A stretch of DNA of 64,000 nucleotides, taken from NCBI GenBank assembly GCA_950097015.1, contig CATNEN010000026.1, forward strand, positions 248,001-312,000, written 5' to 3'. The position numbers and the translations under genes were made by a program. The notes under the pieces are model-generated. The model worked only from the letters and a program-made list of their open reading frames with translations. It searched no databases and was not told where the DNA came from. This DNA is from Macrostomum hystrix (lineage: Eukaryota; Animalia; Platyhelminthes). This document shows positions 36,030 through 50,537 of this stretch, piece by piece; positions within the stretch are counted from its first letter, which is position 1, and each line of letters starts with the position of its first letter.

Positions 36030-39000
36030 TCACAAAGTAGTCTGCGTATCCATACTAGTGAAGAATTTTTCTGTGAACTGTATCAGGCCCTGCTTAGCCT
36101 CCATTGTTTGTGCCCGAAGTCGTTCGTTCTCTTCGCTGTACTCGGCTAAGCGTCGTTTCAATGCTTGACGTTCGGCTTCGCAGGCGCGCAGCTGCTCCTC
36201 GAGCTGTTGGCAGCGACTGCAGCGCTGCTGCTGCTGCTGGCCGACAGTCCGCTGACCGCTGGCCGCAGTGGCAGCGGCGAATTGGTTGGCGCTGCGCACC
36301 AGCTGGCTCCAGTCGTCCTCTCGGCGAAGCTGCTCCTCGCTCATCTCCATGTTACGCTTCAGCTGCTCCTGCGTGTTTCCCGACGGCTTCTGTTGGAGTT
36401 GACGGGCCTGCTGCTGCTGCTGTTGCGATGGAAGCGCGCGAGCCGGAGAGCTGCTGCAAGTTGCGCACAATGGTCCTCAATCCTCAAGTTAATTGCCAAT
36501 AATATTCTCGTCTTGAAGTAAGAGGCAATTTCACAGAATCACTGGGAGAAGAGGGGGTGATGGAAACTGCAGAAGAGGGGGTGATGGAAACTGCAGAAGA
36601 GGGGGTGATGGAAACTGCAGATGAGGGGGTGATGGAAACTGCAGAAGAGGGGGTGATGGAACTAGCAGAAGAGGGGCTGATGGAAACTGCAGATGAGGGG
36701 GTGATGGAAACTGCAGAAGAGGGGGTGATGGAAACTGCAGAAGAGGGGGTGATGGAAACTGCAGAAGAGGGGGTGATGGAAACTGCAGATGAGGGGGTGA
36801 TGGAAACTGCAGAAGAGGGGGTGATGGAAACTGCAGATGAGGGGGTGATGGAAACTGCAGAAGAGGGGGTGATGGAACTAGCAGAAGAGGGGCTGATGGA
36901 AACTGCAGATGAGGGGGTGATGGAAACTGCAGAAGAGGGGGTGATGGAAACTGCAGAAGAGGGGGTGATGGAAACTGCAGAAGAGGGGGTGATGGAAACT
37001 GCAGATGAGGGGGTGATGGAAACTGCAGAAGAGGGGGTGATGGAACTAGCAGAAGAGGGGCGGATGGAAACTGCAGAAGAGGGGGTGATGGAAACTGCAG
37101 ATGAGGGGATGATGGAAACTGCAGAAGAGGGGGTGATGGAAACTGCAGAAGAGGGGGTGATGGGAACTGCAGAAGAGGGGGTGATGGAAACTGCAGAAGA
37201 GGGGGTGATGGAAACTGCAGAAGAGGGGGTGATGGAAACTGCAGAAGAGGGGCTGATGGAAACTGCAGATGAGGGGGTGATGGAAACTGCAGATGAGGGG
37301 CTGATGGAAACTGCAGAAGAGGGGGTGATGGAAACTGCAGAAGAGGGGGTGATGGAAACTGCAGATGAGGGGCTGATGGAAACTGCAGAAGAGGGGGTGA
37401 TGGAAACTGCAGATGAGGGGATGATGGAAACTGCAGAAGAGGGGGTGATGGAAACTGCAGAAGAGGGGGTGATGGAAACTGCAGAAGAGGGGGTGATGGA
37501 AACTGCAGAAGAGGGGGTGATGGAAACTGCAGAAGAGGGGCTGATGGAAACTGCAGAAGAGGGGCTGATGGAAACTGCAGATGAGGGGGTGATGGAAACT
37601 GCAGAAGAGGGGCTGATGGAAACTGCAGAAGAGGGGGTGATGGAACCAGCAGAAGAGGGGGTGATGGAAACTGCAGAAGAGGGGGTGATGGAAACTGCAG
37701 AAGAGGGGGTGATGGAAACTGCAGAAGAGGGGCTGATGGAAACTGCAGAAGAGGGGGTGATGGAAACTGCAGAAGAGGGGGTGATGGAAACTGCAGATGA
37801 GGGGCTGATGGAAACTGCAGATGAGGGGGTGATGGAAACTGCAGAAGAGGGGGTGATGGAAACTGCAGATGAGGGAGTGATGGAAACTGCAGATGAGGGG
37901 ATGATGGAAACTGCAGAAGAGGGGGTGATGGAAACTGCAGAAGAGGGGGTGATGGAAACCGCAGAAGAGGGGGTGATGGAAACTGCAGAAATGAATTTAG
38001 AGGATGGGTTGTCAGTAAAGACTAATATTAGTAGTCATATAAGCGCTTTTATGAGGTGTTAAAATATATCCATAAAAATGTAGATCAAATCAAGAAGATA
38101 TTTCTAAAAACTGGAATAAAACTGCTGAAATAAAAGGGTTAATGAAATCTTCAGTTTTCAGCAATGCATCTCCAACGACCAACAAGCAAGCACCTACTGA
38201 TCTCATATAGGACCATATGGGACCATTGTACCCTATGCTTAACGCTAGACTGAGTGACAGCATGAAATCGCGGCCCACTCCACTTAGGCTGAGAGTGCAT
38301 GGCAGTGGGGGAGGAACAGGAATTGAGGCGGAAGTCCCGATACCGTATCGTTTTGCTGCTCAGTCATACGTGTAAACAAAAGCCCATTCAATTGAGGATT
38401 TAAGAAACAGAATTGTGGAGAAAAATACGCAAAAAACATGTACTTTGTGAGTTTGTTTCTACAAAACAGGGACATTGCCTACCGAAAGAATTAAGCAGGT
38501 TCTAAATTATTTTGATTGTTTTTCGGTAATCGCCCAAGGTACCAAGAAATTGTAACATGAATTTACTTCCGGAGTACTACAGAATGTGCCATACAGACAA
38601 TACAGCTGTGCCATACAGACATAACAGCATGTGCCATACAGACAATACAGAATGTGCCATACAGACAATACAGAATGTGCCATACAGACATAACAGAATG
38701 TGCCATACAGACATAACAGAATCTGCCATACAGACATAACAGAATGTGCCATACAGACTATACAGAATGCACAATACAGACTATACAGAATGCACAATAC
38801 AGACTATACAGAATGCACAGTACAGACTATACAGAATGCACAATACAGACTATACAGAATGCACAATACAGACAATACAAAATGCACTACAACTGCAGGT
38901 AAATTGCTCTCACATTGAAGCCGAGGCGTCACCGCTGCGCAGGAGCGACGCGTCCAAGAATCTGCAGTCAGCATGATCTGGCCCGGCATCCGGGCTAACG

Positions 39001-42000
39001 GCGCTGTCGCCGCTGCCGCCCCCGCCGCCGGGATTGGCTCCGCTGCCAGCCGGACAGAACAGGGCATGGGCCCGGTTAGTCAAGAAGATGTCTCGCAACT
39101 CCTGGCTGCATCGGACGGCGCCCTTTGGAGTCGGCGGCACCAGTACCAGAGCCAGCTGGGCCTCAGACTGAAGCAGTTGAAACACCTGCGCCTCGGGCAT
39201 GGCGCAGATTGGTACGCCGCACAGTTCGACTAGGCGCGAATTCTTCGTTACCTCCGGCAGAGCCGACGAGTCCACTGAGCGAACGTAGAACGCGTCGGCT
39301 TGAACGCCGAAGCCGAGGCTGGCCTCCGAGGCTGTGACGCGGTGCACCGTGACTTCGTGGGCCTCGCAGGCGCCAGGAATCTCCTGCTCGCCTAGCCAGG
39401 CCAGGCGGCGGGCGGCCAGCTGGCAGGCGACCTCGCTGGCGCAGCGCATGCGGAGCAGCTCGCCGCGGTTATAGTACACTGTTAGGCCGCCTGCCTGGCT
39501 GGTGCGCCAGGATAGCAGGCAGCCGGTGGGTATGGCCAGCAGCACCTGCCGGATTGGGTGAATCAATTGGAGCCTGGTCAATTTATAACTTTTTCGATAC
39601 ATATCGTCTAGTTAGCGTACCGCAAATAATATCCTTGCATAAAGGTCCTTACACTGCGAAGCACTATAAATAGTGAGTGAATGCGCCGATCGTTTAATGC
39701 TAAATTGAAAATGTTTATCGTGACGAAACTTTTTCTCTACATATACAGTTTTCTCTACATATAGGCTAATCAGGCTTAAAACATTTTTGGCTATTAAAGG
39801 CCTTAGCAGTCTTCCCCTTGATTCCTCTGTGATCTAAACGATATACTAATCTGTTTATCGATAGTATCAGCTGGCAAAGCGGCGCACATACCTGCTGGCC
39901 GTACTGCACAGCCAGGTAAGTTCGGCCAATGAGCAGGTCGCATCGCATTTCCCTATCGCCCGGCTCGGTCAGGGTCACCTCAAATCTCAGCGCCTCGTTG
40001 AGTTCAACAACCAGCCTGTTCAGGGCATCACTGCTAGCCGTCAGCGACTTGGAGCTGCGGCGCCGTCCGCTGCCAAGCAGGGAGCGCGTTGACTTCATAT
40101 CGATCGTGGCAGCGCTGGAGTGAGATTCGGCCAGCTCCTTCAGCCGGTCCTCCCTGGTGCGCTTCTGCATCTGGCAGAACTTCTCAGACCTCGATGTTGC
40201 GCGTTTGGGGTGGGGCAGCGTTGGAGTCTGATCCTTCTCTCTGCCTGTGCAACACCATGCTTATCAGTCTATGAGTCTTGTCCACCTCCTCATCTGACTT
40301 GCCCACCTGTCCTTGTCAGTCTTGTCCACACGTGTGGACAGGTGCACCAGTCCGTAAGGTCGTGGGTTCGAATCCCACCGCTGCCCACCATATGACATTC
40401 TAATTACAAATTAAGATGTGTAATCATTCTTGTCTTTCAACCTCTTGTCTTTTAACTTGCTGGCCTCACCTGAACGCGGCATTCTCGCCATTTATAATCT
40501 TGCGCAGCAGGAACTCCCTGAAGCCCGGCTCCCTGGCGAACTGATGCCCGGCTGAGAATGGCGGCCCGAACGCTGGCAGCTCTTCGGAGCGGGCAACGGC
40601 CACGGAATAGAATAGCTTAGTAGTGCAGGGGTTGTGTGCCCTGACCACAATAAATACATGCTGAAATTGGCTCCTGACGGTGCGAGGCGAGAAGGCCAAG
40701 GCTCCGGGCTCCTGGAACACTATAGTGACAATGTCGTTGCCTATGTGCTTTTTGCGCAATAGCTGCTGCCTATTGGTGGTAGAATATGGCAGCATTGTGG
40801 AAACGTGGAACACCAGCTCACAGTCGCCCATGGTTGTGTAATAAGTGTGATCTCCGGTGCCTGCTCAAATTGTGGGGTTACAGTGCAATGCGTTGAGTAC
40901 ATATAACAGTTAACTAGTGTAGATCGAACAAGCGGAAAAGTTTTATTCGATAATTATCCGATATGTTTTGAAAATCCTAGAGTTTTCATGATTCAGCAAA
41001 CAGATACAGAATCATTCAGGAGATATCAGTGAGGAACAAAGGGGGGAAGAAAACTGTAGAATTGTACGGATCAATAAATTACCAAGAGGGAAAGGATAAG
41101 AAAGGAAAGGAGAGATATGGGGAAAGGGGAGAAGGTAGGGGAGAAATAGGAGGGGAGAAAGGAGAAAGGGAGAATGGGGAAGGGAGAATGGGGAAGGGGA
41201 GAGTAGGGAAGGGGAGAGTAGGGAAGGGGAGAGTAGGGAAGGGGAGAGTTGGGAAGGGGAGAAAGAGGAAGGGGAGAAAGGGAAGGGGAGAAAGTGGAAG
41301 GCGGAAAGAAGAATGGATAAAAAGAGAAAAAAGTGAGAATGATTATAGAAAGAGGAGGAGAAACATATAAATATATATAAAAAGGACCCGACGAAAGTAC
41401 AAAGTCAGGCTGGGAAGGTAATTGGAGAGCACAAAAGCTCATATGAAACAGGGAAAAAGGGACAGATGGGACTCAATTTAAAATCGTGGACCCAGATGCG
41501 CAGTAATTAGACTGATAAACGAATGCCAAATCACGCCATCTAGTCAAGTCACACGTGGCCAAGTACTTACTACAAAGCGGATAATAAAGAAGGTACAAAT
41601 TATTTATATGAATTAAGTAGCGCAAGCGACAAACCAGCACGCATCTGACAGGGCAGCTAGCTTTTAATACGCAATTATCTAGCCTTCAATATTTAAAATG
41701 TCACATAAATTTCTTTAAGATTGTTTCAGCTTTCATTTTTCTTCAAAAATTTGATTTTGGGGGAAATATCTTTAAAGTAATTAGTAAACGTAAAGACACA
41801 TTTTCTTTTTTTCTCGGAAAAATTATGGCAAGAGGCAAGGGGAGAATTATGAGCAAGATAGCGAGAAACGAGACAAATAAGGGAGAAGTGAAAAGTTAAG
41901 GTAAAGGGAGGGAAGCTGAGAGAGGCGAAGCGAATGTGGGGAAGCGGAGATAGGAAAAGCGGAGAGAGGAGAAGCGGAGAGAGGAGAAGCGGAGAGAGGA

Positions 42001-45000
42001 GAAGCGGAGATAGGAAAAGCGGAGAGAGGAGAAGCGGAGAGAGGAGAAGCGGAGAGAGGAAAAGCGGAGAGAGGAGAAGCGGAGAGAGGAGAAGCGGAGA
42101 GAGGAAAAGCGGAGAGAGGAGAAGCGGAGAGAGGAGAAGCGAATGAGGGGAAGCGAATGAGGGGAAGCGGAGAGAGGAGAAGCGGAGAGAGGGGAAGCGG
42201 AGAGAGGAGAAGCGGAGAGAGGAGAAGCGGAGAGAGGGGAAGCGGAGAGAGGAAAAGCGGAGAGAGGAAAAGCGGAGAGAGGAGAAGCGGAGAGAGGGGA
42301 AGCGGAGAGAGGAGAAGCGGAGAGAGGAGAAGCGGAGAGAGGTCATTGACGGGGGGGAATTCGACTAGAGGCAAGCAGAAGCAGACGGAAGGGCAAGAGC
42401 AACAAACGGAAAAAGATAAGATAACCCTATTGAACTGATGCCGGGTATGCTATGAGCACACCGACACGGCGTAGCACCTGCTTGCTCTCCAACCCAAATT
42501 TAGCGAAATCGAGGTCTCTCGAGGCCTGCAGTGCTCTCCCAATCCAGCAATTCATAGAAAATACGAGAATACTTAATGCATCCTTTATGCGCAGAGAAAA
42601 AAAACGCATTAGCATAGCGGAAAAGACGATAAAAGAAATACACACAACGGATGGGAGGGAAAAGCCGATCTCTCTACCTTCTATACACTGGCGCGCATGC
42701 ATTTGACGAGCGGAAGGTGAGCGCGACAGAAGGAAAGCCGGAGACAGACAGCAGCAGACCCGACTCGACCCCGCCGATTCTCTCGCCCCTTCTCATCCTT
42801 TATCCTCAGAGCTCTTACAAACAGGCTGCTTGAGCTGAGAGAGGAGAGACAGAAATAGACCGAAATCTAACAGAAACACACGCCAGCGCTGGGGCGGGCC
42901 GAGCTGCTTCTTGCAAATCCGCATTTTCTGCTCCCGTCCCACCCTCAAACCCGGCGCGAACTCGACTCCTCAGCTGCACACCCCGCCCCGTTCGCGGGAA
43001 ACACACCTGTTCACCCACCCCACCGCCCAGTTTCCTCTTCTTACACGCGTCCCATTTTTTCCTACAGGGACAAGCAGCTTCACTAGGGGAGGGAACAAAT
43101 TTCGAGCCCTTCTGTCTTCTTCTTCCTAAACTTAACCTCCCCTAATTCTCCGTCGCATTAAAACACTCAAACTAGCAGGTAGGGGACGGGTCGGATAGAA
43201 TTTTCTAGAAAGGAAACAAAACAGATTTCTAGGTCCCTATTGGGGAATGGGGGGAAGGAAGTCAAAGGGATTAATATTGCCAAATATCGATTTCTCAGTG
43301 TGTGTGTGTGTGCTAGATTCCGACCATCCCATCTCTTGTAGCCATTTGTAATTCTTCTTTGTAGACTTTTTCTCATTAAATTAGCTTGTCAGTTGCAGAA
43401 AAAATGGAAGCAGGAGCAATCAGCGGATGATGACAAACAGGAGTTGTCTGTTAATCAGGAAGCAATTTAATTAAAATCAAGAAGCTGCTTATTAAACTAG
43501 CCAAAACATTTCCACATAGAAAATTTCTACTCACATTTAGAATCCAGGCCGCCTTTGAATTTGTCGAAATTTTTCAGCGACACTTTAGTTGCAATCAGAT
43601 CCATGAATTCTTCAAGCGCCGGACTTGTGTGCTCTGCGGTTTCAAAGATACAAAGCATATATGATTTATTAAGCCTGCTCCAGCCGAAAAATCCAGGCGG
43701 CAAATCTGAAGGCTGTGTACGGCTGTTCAGTCCATGGACTGGGACACCGTCACGCCCACACTCTATAACCCCACCTAATGCTGGTAGCTATTCAACAGCT
43801 GGCTGAACTGAAGCAGTACAGAGTTAATTGTCTTATAATACAGAAAACAACTGGCTCCAGTGAAGTCGGGAATCGAACCCAAGAGATCAATGGGAATAAT
43901 CAACAGATCTATGGGAATAATCAACAGATCTATGGGAATAATCAACATATTTATGGAAATAACCAACAGATCTATGGGAATAACCAACAGATCTATGGGA
44001 ATAATCAACATATTTATGGTAATAACCAACAGATCTATTGAAATAACCAACAGATTCATGGGGATGACACATATATCAATGTTGATAAACAATGAATCGA
44101 CATGTGAAAGCAACTAATTGACCAATGATTGAACAGAATCGGCACAATTTGGGAGCTAGTTTGATAGAGTAAAAAATGCCGATTGACACGTACCATTATT
44201 ATACATCTCTTCTTCAGTAGATTGCCCAGCCTTGCACAGCAATACACCAACTTTGAATTTGTTCATCAGCACTTGCTCATCGATGGCCACCAGATCGTCC
44301 AGGATGCGCGCATCGGACCGACCCAAATGCAAGCAGGACAGCGGCAGCTGGGGCGCTACAAAGTGTAGAACATCCCGCGGAGGCAGGCCTTTATTAACAG
44401 AGTAGCGGCAGTGAGTTGGCACGGCCTCTTCAAGTATGCAGCCGCGTAGGGCGCGCAAATCGCCGCTACGGATGATGACGCGCCACAGGTGACCAGAGTA
44501 CTGACCGTCCTGGCTGGTGACCTTCTCGCGGCGAAGGCTGACCGCCAGAGGGCCGAGGTCCGGATCCAGGCCGAACCAGTTCGTGTGCTCATCGAACGGC
44601 CGAAAATGCAGCCGATAATAGCAGGCGCCCAGGTCAGCGAACTCCGGACAATGGCCCGGCAGGGGCTGGGCTAGCACGCAGGCCGAGTTAGCCGAAGGCG
44701 GTAGAAGGAGCTGCTTGGGCGGCGAAGCGGCTCCGACGCCGCCGGCGTACACCCGGGAGCAGGTCAGGCGGGTGTGGGCGCATACGCGGACAGGCTCGCC
44801 GCCGACTTCGTTGACAAAGTGCGGGCATCGGAGCAGCAGATTGGCGCCGCCGGTTCCGCTGGCGCCGCCTGAGTTGCCTGAGGAATCCTCTGACGCGCGG
44901 CCGCCGCCAGTGGCATCGTCGCCGCCGTCTTCGCTGGCCTGCGCAACGGCAGCGGCGGAGGCGCCAGTGTTGCGACGCTTCGGCGGCTGCGGCTGGGAGG

Positions 45001-45351
45001 GTGGCATCGGCGGCTGCTGCTGCTGGGACGCGGCCGACAGCGGCTGGGAGGGCGAAGCCGCACCAGACGACATGGATCCACCGCCACCACCACCACCGCC
45101 ACCGCTAAAATCGCAGGATGCATCAACAGCGGCGGCGGCCGCTGCGGTGGCCGCGGCAGCGGAGGCAACAGCGGCAGCGATTAGATCTTCGGCACGCCAG
45201 GCGGCACTCTGGCAGTCCCAGTGGGCAAAAAACTGCTTGGCCTTGGCCTGGTTAGCTGGCGACTCCAGCTCGCTGAGCGAATTGTTCTTGCGAAAGCTTT
45301 TGAATATGCTGAAGCTGCCCGCTTTTGCCTGCTCAGGTCGGGGGCTCAGAA

Positions 45352-45388
<37 letters not shown>

Positions 45389-48300
45389 ATGGTGAGGCTG
45401 GTGCTGCGGTGACACTTTTGCGTGCTGCTGTTGCTGCTGTTTCTGCTGTTGCTGGCGCACTTGATGCTGGGGTGGCTGTCTGACAGGCTCAACGGTGACA
45501 TCGTCAGAGATGCGCACCTATCAACGAGAGGTTAAGCTGCAGAGTGAGCCGGAGAATGAGCCCTAGAGTGAGCTGGGGAGTGTGATTTAGCGATTAAGGG
45601 ACATTGCTTAATAATGAGCGTGTGAGTCATCTGAGAAGTGATTTGAGGAGTGATTTGAGTAGTGATTTCAGGAGTGATTTGAGTAGTGATTTCAGGAGTG
45701 ATGTGGGCAGTGAGCTGGGGAGTGATCGGGAGTGTATCTGGGTGATGAGCTGCGGAGTGCCATGTGCTGTGGAGTGAGCTGCAGGTAGTCTCAAGCTAGA
45801 GTTAGAGAACAAAGTATGGAATCCTTACAGGAAATTGCTAACTCAACTCAATTGGCTCTTAGTGCGCCTGCCTGCCTACGGGCGCACGATGGAGCAAAAC
45901 AAGTGGACAGAAAAAATATTGAAATAATTTAGGAGAGGAAATGAGGCTACATTGCAATTATTCGGTACACCTACAGCCTAGAAAAAACACACATCGTGTT
46001 CTCGTAACACTCTTCGCTTGTTTCCAATTCCAGAGTTGTCGCATTAAAATTGAACCTATGCTCGTACATTGCGAGAGAGATCGACAGATTGAAAAATAAA
46101 AAAAAGTTTTATTTTGCTGAGCTATGGTTATACTCACTGACTCCTGCCTGCTCATCATCATATACCTGTTGCATTCGTACTCACATTTAATTGACATAGG
46201 CCCTTGTAAGAGTATCCTATTCATTCTTAGCGTTCCGTAGTCCTGCAATCCCATGTCTTCTCAACCTCCCATTCCCCAGTCCAGCAATCCCATGTCTTCT
46301 CAACCTGCCATTCCCCAGTCCAGCAATCCCATGTCTTCTCAACCTCCCATTCCCCAGTCCTGCAATCCCATGTCTTCTCAACCTCCCATTCCCCAGTCCA
46401 GCAATCCCATGTCTTCTCAACCTGCCATTCGCAAGTCCAGCAATCCGATGCCTTCTCAACCTGCCATTCCCCAGTCCAGCAATCCCACGCCTTCTCAACC
46501 TCCCAGTCCCCAGTCTAGAAATCCCACGCCTTCTCAACCTCCCAGTCCCCAGTCTAGAAATCCCACGCCTTCTCAACCTCCCATTCCCCAGTCCAGCAAT
46601 CCCATGCCTTCTCAACCTCCCATTCCCCAGTCCAGCAATCCCATGTCTTCTCAACCTGCCATTCCCCAGTCTAGAAATCCCATGTCTTCTCAACCTGCCA
46701 TTCCCAAGTCCAGCAATCCCATGCCTTCTCAACCTCCCATTCCCCAGTCCAGCAATCCCATGTCTTCTCAACCTGCCATTCCCCAGTCTAGAAATCCCAT
46801 GTCTTCTCAACCTGCCATTCCCAAGTCCAGCAATCCCATGCCTTCTCAACCTCCCATTCCCCAGTCCAGCAATCCCATGTCTTCTCAACTTCCCATTACC
46901 CAGTCCAGCAATCCCATCCCTTCTCAACTTGCCATTCCCCAGTCTAGAAATCCCACGCCTTCTTAACCTCCTAGTCCCCAGTCTAGAAATCCCACGCCTT
47001 CTCAACCTCCCATTCCCCAGTCCCATCAATCCCATGCCTTCTCAACCTCCCATTCCCTATTCCCCAGTCCAGCAATCCCATGCCTTCTCAACCTCCCATT
47101 CCCCAGTCCAGCAATCCCATGCCTTCTCAACCTCCCAGTCCCCAGTCCAGCAATCCCATGCCTTCTCAACCTCCCAGTCCCCAGTCCAGCAATCCCATGC
47201 CTTCTCAACCTCCCATTCCCTATTCCCCAGTCCAGCAATCCCATGCCTTCTCAACCTCCCATTCCCTATTCCCCAGTCCAGCAATCCCATGCCTTCTCAA
47301 CCTCCCATTCCCTATTCCCCAGTCCAGCAATCCCATGCGTGTCATGTGAGTAGCAGCACGGTGAAGGCTTCTTCAGCATTTGTTAGAGTCTATAAAGTCT
47401 TCAAAGTTGTTCACTTTTACGTGACACCTGCTGTCACAACTACATAGATCTCATGTGCAGCTTCTCTACTTCCTCTTATTAATTGCTGCTAACTGGCGTT
47501 AGTATTAAGCCTCACTATGTAGGTTGGCCCTATGCGTGTCTATGGATAAATATAAAATATATTTCCGCAGGCTGCAGCGGATGTACCAATAGGTAAAATC
47601 AGTGTCCGAAACGGCTTTAGACAAGACAATGATCTTTGCTTTATTATAAGCAAACAGTCTAGATATATAATTATATTTCCACGCACAGAATACTGCCCAT
47701 GTATATTGCCAAATATAGCCCCCTTACTAAACTAAGGTCGATTAAAACATACCTTTTATTGTTATTCGAACTTAGAATCTATTAATAATCAGATATCGTC
47801 TGTGCCATACTATAAAAAGGCATGAATAAAAAATAGACCATTTGCCTGAATCTGTCAGAAATCTAAAAAAACAATAGTAACGTTTTCAACGAATCGAGGA
47901 GAATACTGTTTCGATTTTCATAGACGGTGGAGACAGTCATAATTACTTCTAGATTTCATTTCAAATCGGCAATATATGGATAGATAAATTAAAGTAGATA
48001 CATACAAGGCTGAGATGCGAACCACTGACCTCTCAATTGCAGAAAATTCACAGCTCACCTTGCTCATCGTCTTCTGCAGCGCTTCAACACTGGATGTTGA
48101 GCCATAGTGCCGGCTATTTAACAGCGACACATCTGGCGGCACGGGCTTGTCGCCTTCGAACGAACCGTTGCTATGACGACGCCGGCCATCGGCAGCCGCC
48201 GCTAAAACAGTCTCCTCGGCCATTGCCGCTAGCACGCTAGGCGGCGGGGCGTGAAAGTTAGAGTGTGTTATTACTCGCTGCTGCTGCTGCTGATTATTAT

Positions 48301-48559
48301 TATTATTTGAATACGCAGCTGATGGTGGCGGCGGTGGCTGCCGTTTTCCATTACTGACTCCACTGCCGCCGCTAGATGAGCCGGCAGCGCTGCTAATTTG
48401 ACGCAGGCGCAGAGAGTAATTCGCCGGATCGTAGCGCCTATCCGGTGGCGCCGGTGCCTGATTGGACGATGACTGCTGCTGCAGGTGCGGAGGTGGCAGC
48501 GGAGGCTGGGGCCGCGGGGAGTCGCCAGCCGTGTCGCCGCTACCCTTTGTTAAGCCGTT
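36030..48559 (-). CDS. SIPA1L: SIPA1-like / SPAR RapGAP with PDZ and C-terminal coiled coil. Exons 48559-48059, 45517-44194, 43633-43535, 40860-40470, ~40190-39892, 39545-38914, 36453-36030; start exon not located.
   Basis: YGSTSS and AHWDCQS N-terminal motifs. RapGAP motifs [21 protein letters not shown]|[20 protein letters not shown] and [54 protein letters not shown]. Terminal coiled coil ending [11 protein letters not shown]. Junctions are phase-compatible GT-AG except one uncertain acceptor near 40190. Confidence 0.92.
36545..37990. repeat. 24-bp minisatellite in the last RapGAP intron
   Basis: gagggggtgatggaaactgcagaa, about 60 copies. Confidence 0.97.
38578..38880. repeat. About 20-bp minisatellite
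   Basis: acagaatgtgccatacagac.. units. Confidence 0.92.
41925..42342. repeat. 15-bp purine minisatellite (GAGAGGAGAAGCGGA)n
   Basis: Visible array. Confidence 0.95.
43700..43880 (-). mobile_element. SINE family A fragment in a RapGAP intron
   Basis: tctgaaggctg..tacggctgttcagtccatggactggg...aatgctggta...gggaatcgaaccc matches family A. Confidence 0.7.
43884..44060. repeat. 21-bp minisatellite
   Basis: aacagatctatgggaataatc units. Confidence 0.9.
46240..47337. repeat. 39-bp C-rich minisatellite
   Basis: ccagcaatcccatgccttctcaacctcccattccccagt units. Confidence 0.95.
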
Positions 48560-49253
48560 CTAAAACGGAGGGCAATCAATGGGTACGGACCCAATTGAAC
48601 TGATTTATGCAGCAATTAGAATTCTAAACAGTGTGTTTAAGAATTAAAAATGCATTTATTTGTGCACTAACGAACAGGCAAAGCTCGCCGGTCCAGAGTG
48701 AAGAACCTTTTATTTAACTCTAGCATCTTGCCAGCGCACGCAGCTTTGGAAGGGGTGCAGAGGCCAGAATAAATATCCCAAAGTGATTCTAGACATAAGC
48801 CTCTCTTGCTATATTCCCATTGAAGCAGTCCCTGCCTTCCTGCAGATGCAGGCTTACTAATGGGGCGCATTGGCAGGTAAAAAGAGCAAGGGTGTTGTAC
48901 CGTCACGACTCAAGGCCAATGAGAGCAGAAAAGTGTTTTTTTAATTAAAAGAAACCATAATGAGACTAGGCAAAGAGGTCTGCTCAGACTGCTTTCATCG
49001 CGTCGTCACGGTTAGTGTAATTCTTTAAACGATGATTGAGACAGCTATTAATTAGTAAACTTGCCTGCTAGTGTAGTAGTATCTTTAGCATTATTTGTCG
49101 TGCAGTAATACACGCCATATTAGACTAGTTGTCCTATAGTGGGTCGCATTAAGTGTGTGACTTCGATTATCATAACCAGAATTCAATTACAAATGGATCT
49201 ACCTGTACCTACTGTGGTGGAGTCCGCATCAGTTCCCTTTTTTTCTTCACTAA

Positions 49254-50315
49254 GATGAGACAGCAAGGAGATGAGACAGCGAAGAGATGAGACAGCAAGG
49301 AGATGAGACAGCGAAGAGATGAGACAGCGAAGAGATGAGACAGCAAGGAGATGAGACAGCGAAGAGATGAGACAGCGAAGAGATGAGACAGCAAGGAGAT
49401 GAGACAGCGAAGAGATGAGACAGCAAGGAGATGAGACAGCGAAGAGATGAGACAGCAAGGAGATGAGACAGCGCAGAGATGAGACAGCGCAGAGATGAGA
49501 CAGCAAGGAGATGAGACAGCGAAGAGATGAGACAGCAAGGAGATGAGACAGCGAAGAGATGAGACAGCAAGGAGATGAGACAGCGAAGAGATGAGACAGC
49601 AAGGAGATGAGACAGCGAAGAGATGAGACAGCGAAGAGATGAGACAGCGAAGAGATGAGACAGCAAGGAGATGAGACAGCGAAGAGATGAGAAAGCAAGG
49701 AGATGAGACAGCGAAGAGACGAGACAGCGAAGAGATGAGACAGCGAAGAGATGAGACAGCAAGGAGATGAGACAGCGAAGAGATGAGACAGCGAAGAGAT
49801 GAGACAGCGAAGAGATGAGACAGCAAGGAGATGAGACAGCGAAGAGATGAGACAGCGAAGAGATGAGACGCGAAGAGATGAGACAGCGAAGAGATGAGAC
49901 AGCGAAGAGATGAGACAGCAAGGAGATGAGACAGCGAAGAGATGAGACAGCAAGGAGATGAGACAGCGAAGAGACGAGACAGCGAAGAGATGAGACAGCG
50001 AAGAGATGAGACAGCGAAGAGATGAGACAGCAAGGAGATGAGACAGCGAAGAGATGAGACAGCAAGGAGATGAGACAGCGAAGAGATGAGACAGCGAAGA
50101 GATGAGACAGCGAAGAGATGAGACAGCGAAGAGATGAGACAGCGAGGAGATGAGACAGCGAAGAGATGAGACAGCGAAGAGATGAGACAGCGAAGAGATG
50201 AGACAGCGAGGAGATGAGACAGCGAAGAGATGAGACAGCGAAGAGATGAGACAGCGAAGAGATGAGACAGCGAAGAGATGAGACAGCGAAGAGATGAGAC
50301 AGCGAAGAGATGAGA
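49254..50315. repeat. 16-bp minisatellite GAGATGAGACAGC(GAA/AAG)
   Basis: About 65 copies with two alternating variants. Confidence 0.97.
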
Positions 50316-50537
50316 CTGCAAAGAGATTAAATAGGAGAAAGATGTAACACGAAAGAGCTTATACAGCGAAGAGATAAGACAGGAAAAATACATAACACAA
50401 GAGATGAAACAGGGGGGAGATGAGACGAGGAGAGGAGATGGGGATGGATAGGTCATGAGAAAGATAAAATAGGGAGAGGTGACGGAAGGGTCACAGGGGC
50501 GAAAAGTCAGGAGGGTCAAAGTTAGTCCTGTTTCAAA

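Noticed and set aside
36557-38062. 501-aa ORF of (GVMETAEE)n
   Set aside because: Stop-free reading of a 24-bp minisatellite, antisense within a SIPA1L intron; no unique coding sequence or splice support.
40345-40390. tRNA-like B box ggttcgaatccc
   Set aside because: Only a T-arm fragment; no cloverleaf can be built.
46217-47447. Collagen- or mucin-like repetitive ORFs
   Set aside because: 39-bp intronic minisatellite open on both strands.
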